A DNA stretch of 64,000 nt from Anthoceros angustus (Eukaryota > Plantae > Anthocerotophyta), in assembly GCA_010909165.1 (NCBI GenBank), contig VJWM01000068.1, forward strand, positions 62,001 through 126,000. The letters run 5' to 3'. Within the stretch, counting starts at the first letter, position 1. Every line of letters starts with the position of its first letter. Positions 58,196 through 64,000 of this stretch are shown here, piece by piece. A program made the translations under genes and the position numbers. A model generated the notes under the pieces. That model did not search any database and had not been told where the DNA came from. It saw only the letters and a program-made list of their open reading frames with translations.

Positions 58196-61100
58196 CTTCG
58201 TTTGATTAGATACATAGTATATAGTTTTCATAACTTTGTTTGATTGAGATGCCTGTTCAGGGACTCCCGTCCACATACCCTTAGCTGGGACGATGTGGAT
58301 TTGCGGGCCAAGACTTCAGGGCTCCCAAGAAGGTGATCCGTAGCTATCTCAGTTCCGGGCTTCACAAGTTCAGAGCCAAGTAGGTGGGTAGGTAACGACT
58401 CCTGTGTGACTTGCAAATTCCGTGGTAGATGGAATGGCACCTCATCGTCACATGGGTGACTTCTATTGTGGAGGACAGCTCAGAGCATTGCCATATGACG
58501 CCAAACATTCGGTAATTGACGTCTATTATTGAAGAAAAGATGAATGGAAGAAAAATGAATGGAATACAAACGTTGTAGAGCTCAACGCAATGAGCCTCAT
58601 CAGATATCGATGCACCAACGAAATGCTGTGGGGATCTTCGTAAGCAGCTTGTCTTACGATTGTTTTTGGACTGGGCCATAATTACAAAATATTACACATT
58701 GTTTATGAAATCCATTCACGACCTGCACCTGCATGTTGAGATAAGCACGAAGCACACCAGGCAGGAAGATGAGCATGAGAAATGGACAAAACACTCAGCT
58801 CACTGAGTTGCGAGCCAGAGTTTCAGGAAGGCTCTGCAGCCCGTCGGAATTTATATTCCTGCTGAAGCTGTGCCTCTCAGGAGTCCTCGATAACACATCT
58901 GGAGTCCTTGAAATCTCTCAGGAGTCATCGGAAATCTCTCAGGAGTCCTCGAAATCTTTCAGGAGTCCTCGGAAATTTCTCAGGAGTCCTCGGAAATCTC
59001 TCAGGAGTCCTCGGAAATCTCTCAGGAGTCCTCGGAAATCTCTCTGGTGTTCTCGGAAATCTCTCAGGAGTCCTCGGAAATCTCTCTGGTGTTCTCGGAA
59101 ACCTCGAGTCTACCGATGGCCGAGCACTCACGGATGTCCTTGCACTGGCGCTGAGGAAATCGCGACGCCACTCCGTGGAAATCCGAGCAGGATCATCGTC
59201 GGCTTCCTGTGATCGACAGAGCATCTGCTGATCACGTTCGGCTGAGCGTATACTCCGGTTCCATAAGCCAAATGGCCTAAGTCCTGAGTCTGGGAGGCGA
59301 CGCAGCAATTGACGTAATTGTCCCTCAATCGTCGAAGAACCTTGCAAGCGGAACACGCCGGGTTCCATCTCCTCAGCGCTCTCAGCAGGGACAGACTGAG
59401 GCTGACGGAAGCGCAAGGATCCACCTCCGCTGCCTTCTTCGATCCCGCCAGAGAATTGGATCCTGGCGCCTTGGGAGCCTTCACCGTGGCTGCCATCCTA
59501 AAGCCTCTACCTGCGCATCTCCAGGCTGCAAAACAATACGGGAGCGTCATCAAATGCTTCACAGAAATTTCAATGAGCACATCCAGATCTGTTCTGTGCA
59601 AATCCGTTTTGCACACAAAATGAATGGAATACAAACGTTGTAGAGCTCAACGCAATGAGCCTCATCAGATATCGATGCACCAACGAAATGCTGTGGGGAT
59701 CTTCGTAAGCAGCTTGTCTTACGATTGTTTTTGGACTGGGCCATAATTACAAAATATTACACATTGTTTATGAAATCCATTCACGACCTGCACCTGCATG
59801 TTGAGATAAGCACGAAGCACACCAGGCAGGAAGATGAGCATGAGAAATGGACAAAACACTCAGCTCACTGAGTTGCGAGCCAGAGTTTCAGGAAGGCTCT
59901 GCAGCCCGTCGGAATTTATATTCCTGCTGAAGCTGTGCCTCTCAGGAGTCCTCGATAACACATCTGGAGTCCTTGAAATCTCTCAGGAGTCATCGGAAAT
60001 CTCTCAGGAGTCCTCGAAATCTTTCAGGAGTCCTCGGAAATTTCTCAGGAGTCCTCGGAAATCTCTCAGGAGTCCTCGGAAATCTCTCAGGAGTCCTCGG
60101 AAATCTCTCTGGTGTTCTCGGAAATCTCTCAGGAGTCCTCGGAAATCTCTCTGGTGTTCTCGGAAACCTCGAGTCTACCGATGGCCGAGCACTCACGGAT
60201 GTCCTTGCACTGGCGCTGAGGAAATCGCGACGCCACTCCGTGGAAATCCGAGCAGGATCATCGTCGGCTTCCTGTGATCGACAGAGCATCTGCTGATCAC
60301 GTTCGGCTGAGCGTATACTCCGGTTCCATAAGCCAAATGGCCTAAGTCCTGAGTCTGGGAGGCGACGCAGCAATTGACGTAATTGTCCCTCAATCGTCGA
60401 AGAACCTTGCAAGCGGAACACGCCGGGTTCCATCTCCTCAGCGCTCTCAGCAGGGACAGACTGAGGCTGACGGAAGCGCAAGGATCCACCTCCGCTGCCT
60501 TCTTCGATCCCGCCAGAGAATTGGATCCTGGCGCCTTGGGAGCCTTCACCGTGGCTGCCATCCTAAAGCCTCTACCTGCGCATCTCCAGGCTGCAAAACA
60601 ATACGGGAGCGTCATCAAATGCTTCACAGAAATTTCAATGAGCACATCCAGATCTGTTCTGTGCAAATCCGTTTTGCACACAAAATGATATCCTCCTGAG
60701 CTCTGCAACAACCTTTCAAGACCAACAAAATTTGAAGACCTTGCAACACAATTACGAGATCTTGCAAAAGTCTCGCAGCAGATCATCCACTAAGCCTGCG
60801 CTTTCATTCTCAAACATCACCCCTGCCCGCCATCACCGCAACAGCAGACAGGACAGGAAGTTTAGGTCCTGTCACCTGTCAGGAGCTCCAATTGCCTGAG
60901 CTTGTGTTTGGAAAACCTGAAGCGCCGGCCTCCACCGAAGGCGGAGCCGATCCTGGAGTCCGGGACGACAGTATCCTCAATATGTATCTCACTCCGCGAG
61001 GAGACGACAGAACTGAGCGTAGCGATGCGGAGCTGGGTGTGGACAAGATGCCGTGCCAACAGCAAGAGTCACCACTGCTCAATGAACCTGAAGCCCCGGG

Positions 61101-63796
61101 GAATCTCCTACCAACGCATCTTCTAAGGCTACTGTGGTGAAAATCATCCTCCCATTTTCCCGCAATGGAGGGGCATCATCTATTCCTCGCGTAAGTAATG
61201 GCACGCACTTACCACGCGTGGGTCCCAAGGCATCCTCAATTCATTCTTCCATCCTCGCGCACTCCGTCGGCCACACCGTGTGCAAGACCATCGCAATTGT
61301 CGGTTATTTAGAGTTTACCGGCCCACCTCGCCGCAGAGAATAAAACTGGCTCGAGAGACCCCTCTTGGCGCAGCAAACATGTATGCATCAGGCCTGGCGT
61401 CCTCGCACGGGACAAAAACAACGATCACGACGAAACAATTTCAAACTAGACACTTGACAAATACACCACCACCACGATCCAACCCATGCTGATGGAGCTG
61501 AAATATCATAAATTAAAAATTTATTACGATTATATCCTCACGAAGGATAGATTCGGCAGTGGGCTCGGTAATCCAAGACCGGCCGGGGCACCGGCTTGGC
61601 GAACGGTGAACACGGAACACGCCCACACATGGAGATGGAGCTGGGTTAGTGTAGAAGAAGAAGAAGAATTTTATTTAAGTCAATAAGGATGGACTTTCAT
61701 TATGGGACTTTGGTACTTAACAAGGGCATCCACTCCTCTTGCACAAAGGGCATCCACTCCCTCTAGGCCACCCATATAAGTACCGATCTAAGCTCAGGAT
61801 GCTTAATCACGAGGTTCTTCTAAATGTGTGTCCATTTGGCCAAAGCCATTTGGACACACATTATGTGGTTGGAAGCACACCAAACACATTAGAACAACAG
61901 ACCAAAGTAACATGGAGGATGAAGATTGTTAGTGTAGGGTGCACAACACACCACAGTGGCATCCATACATGAGTTCATTGGAACTCCACAATTAAGCATG
62001 CTCCATACGATCAAGATTACTAGGATGAGGTGTTATCTATTCGAGCGGATGAGTACTAAGATGGGTGTCATCTATCCTCTTGAACAACAACTAAGACAAT
62101 ACTAAGATGGGTGCCATCTATCCTCTTGAACAACAACTAAGACAATACTGTAGCGGGTGAGTACTAAGATGGGTTGCCATCTATCCTCTTGAACAACAAC
62201 TAAGATGGGTTGTCATCTATCCTCTTGAACAACAACTAAGACAATACTGTAGAGTAAGATGGGTTGTCATTTATCCTCTTGAACAACAACTAAGACAATA
62301 CTGTAGAGGTCTTCGGAACTTCGTTTGATTAGATACATAGTATATAGTTTTTCCTCTTGAACAACAACTAAGACAATACTGTAGCCGCTGAGTACTAAGA
62401 TGGGTTGTCATCTATCCTCTTGAACAACAACCAAGACAATACTGTAAAGTAAGATGGGTTGCCATCTATCCTCTTGAACAACAACTAAGACAATACTGTA
62501 GAGTTCTTCGGAACTTCGTTTGATTAGATACATAGTATATAGTTTTTCATAACTTTGTTTGATTAGACACCTTGGGACGAATAACTACGAGGATGGGTGC
62601 TTACCTAAAGAATGAAACTTATAAGGGTTTTGGATTTTTGTAAAAGTTGTTTAAAGCATCACTCTATTCAAGCCAGAAATGAAGTTTCACTACAAAATGA
62701 ATCTATGAAGTCCTACATCCTTTGTTATACAACTATCGAGTAGTTTCTCTTCTTTTTATGGTGTCTCTTGTTTAAACCTCTCTAGTACGACATACATACA
62801 AGAACTCTTTCTTTCTACCCGATTACTTTTCTTGTGTCTCATGGTGGTTTTTTCATCCTTCCACCTTCAATAGACATTTTAATTTTAAGTTGTTGTTGTT
62901 ATTGAGGCTAACAACCGTAGTCATGTTCTCCTGAGGTTACATGATTATGATTATTGGGATAGTGTGTCCTATCTCCACATTGGAGCAATCGTAATAGGTG
63001 GAGGACTCTATAAAATTCTTCAAACAAGAAACAAGAACTATGTAATCCTCAATTTAGGTTACTTTGACAATTAGTTCAATCATAAGTACTGTGATGCATG
63101 CTTACTTTGACGATGGGGATGGGTTCCCTACTTCAACAATGGAGCTTTAGTAAAGCTATAGGATGGGGTGTCTATCACAATAATAGATCTTTTTAGTAAG
63201 AAGTCTCGTTTAAGGCATACTCAAGTTGTAAAAATCTTCTATCAAGAAACAAAGAATTCTAAAATGTTCAATTGAGAGCGGATAACTCTATAATTTACAC
63301 TCAGTTTGAGCCAAGGTTATATGGCAGTTACCATGATTGAATAATGAAATAACCAAGCTTGTATGGTGGTTATCATGATTTAATAATGAAAAATAAGTTC
63401 AGTTTGCTAAAACAACCCAACAAATTATTATGCATATTCATTTGTACACCATGTCATTATTCTATGGGAGATTATGAAAGGTAGAACTTTGTTTAAATGA
63501 TTAATTAGAGTTAATAAATATAATTATTTAGTATTAATCAAACCAAAGTAAAAGATGGTATGTGGTTGAGTAGTATTCATTAAGATAATTAATTAACATG
63601 AATTAATATGCACCAAGGGCACCCTATTCCATCTCGTATGGCAGGAAGGAGAAGATATTTAATAACATAATTGTATCACATCAAAATGAAGTGTCACCCT
63701 ATGGTAGAACACAAGATAAGAACCTTGTGCTGGAGAAGAGAGTACGAGCCTCTCGGACGGCAATTCATGGCCCGATTCATTACATTCCAAAATGCG

Positions 63797-64000
63797 TGGA
63801 TTGGGTATGATTCTCAAACAAAAAGAATGATAGCGAATAAAGTTTAATGAATGAAAGCAACATGAATATACTAATCAAGCCATTTGAGACAGAATCCTTG
63901 AACAACGCAGTATACATGGATTGGGTACGATCCTCGAACAAAAAGAATGATAGCGAATAAATTTTAATCAATGAAAGCAACACGAATATACTAATCAGGC
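63797..64000. repeat. Diverged 120-bp tandem repeat running off the window
   Basis: TGGATTGGGTA.GAT.CTC.AACAAAAAGAATGATAGCGAATAAA at 63797 and 63917. Confidence 0.75.

Larger units (their letters stand above)
54965..62570. repeat. Complex tandem triplication: A 54965-58225, partial B 58236-59620, C 59617-62570
   Basis: Near-identical blocks joined at TTTGTTTGATT and AAAATGA microhomologies; the 21-bp array recurs at ~58879-59106 and ~59944-60171. Confidence 0.9.

Noticed and set aside
62570-63790. AT-rich terminal region as a coding or TE remnant
   Set aside because: All frames are stop-rich and no motif or terminus could be identified.

Overview
Eukaryotic nuclear DNA from a plant, most likely a fern. 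That assignment is an inference from the PLS-class PPR gene style, the short ~70-110 nt introns and a plant-type cytosolic tRNA-Phe. The left third is a compact gene island: LINE fragments, a P450 pseudogene, tRNA-Phe(GAA), TFIIE-beta, SNM1, EXO1, a PLS-E+ PPR gene and an SLX9-like gene. A TE-rich block (~23-34 kb) follows. It ends in a Mutator-like element with ~280-bp TIRs, a decayed SWIM transposase and, convergently, an RPA70-C-like OB-fold gene. Both TIRs appear to encode the same first exon and intron for the two genes; this is the most novel-looking system here. Next come RFC1 (three internal tandem duplications), an intronless CAPZB, several uncharacterised ORFs with Ser/Thr-Pro repeats, minisatellites, and non-LTR-like elements sharing an AATAAAATT(CTT)n tail. 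Caveat: the window has many near-identical 0.3-3 kb duplications joined at short microhomologies and differing mostly by homopolymer indels. This suggests imperfect long-read assembly, so frameshifts and copy numbers need read-level checking.
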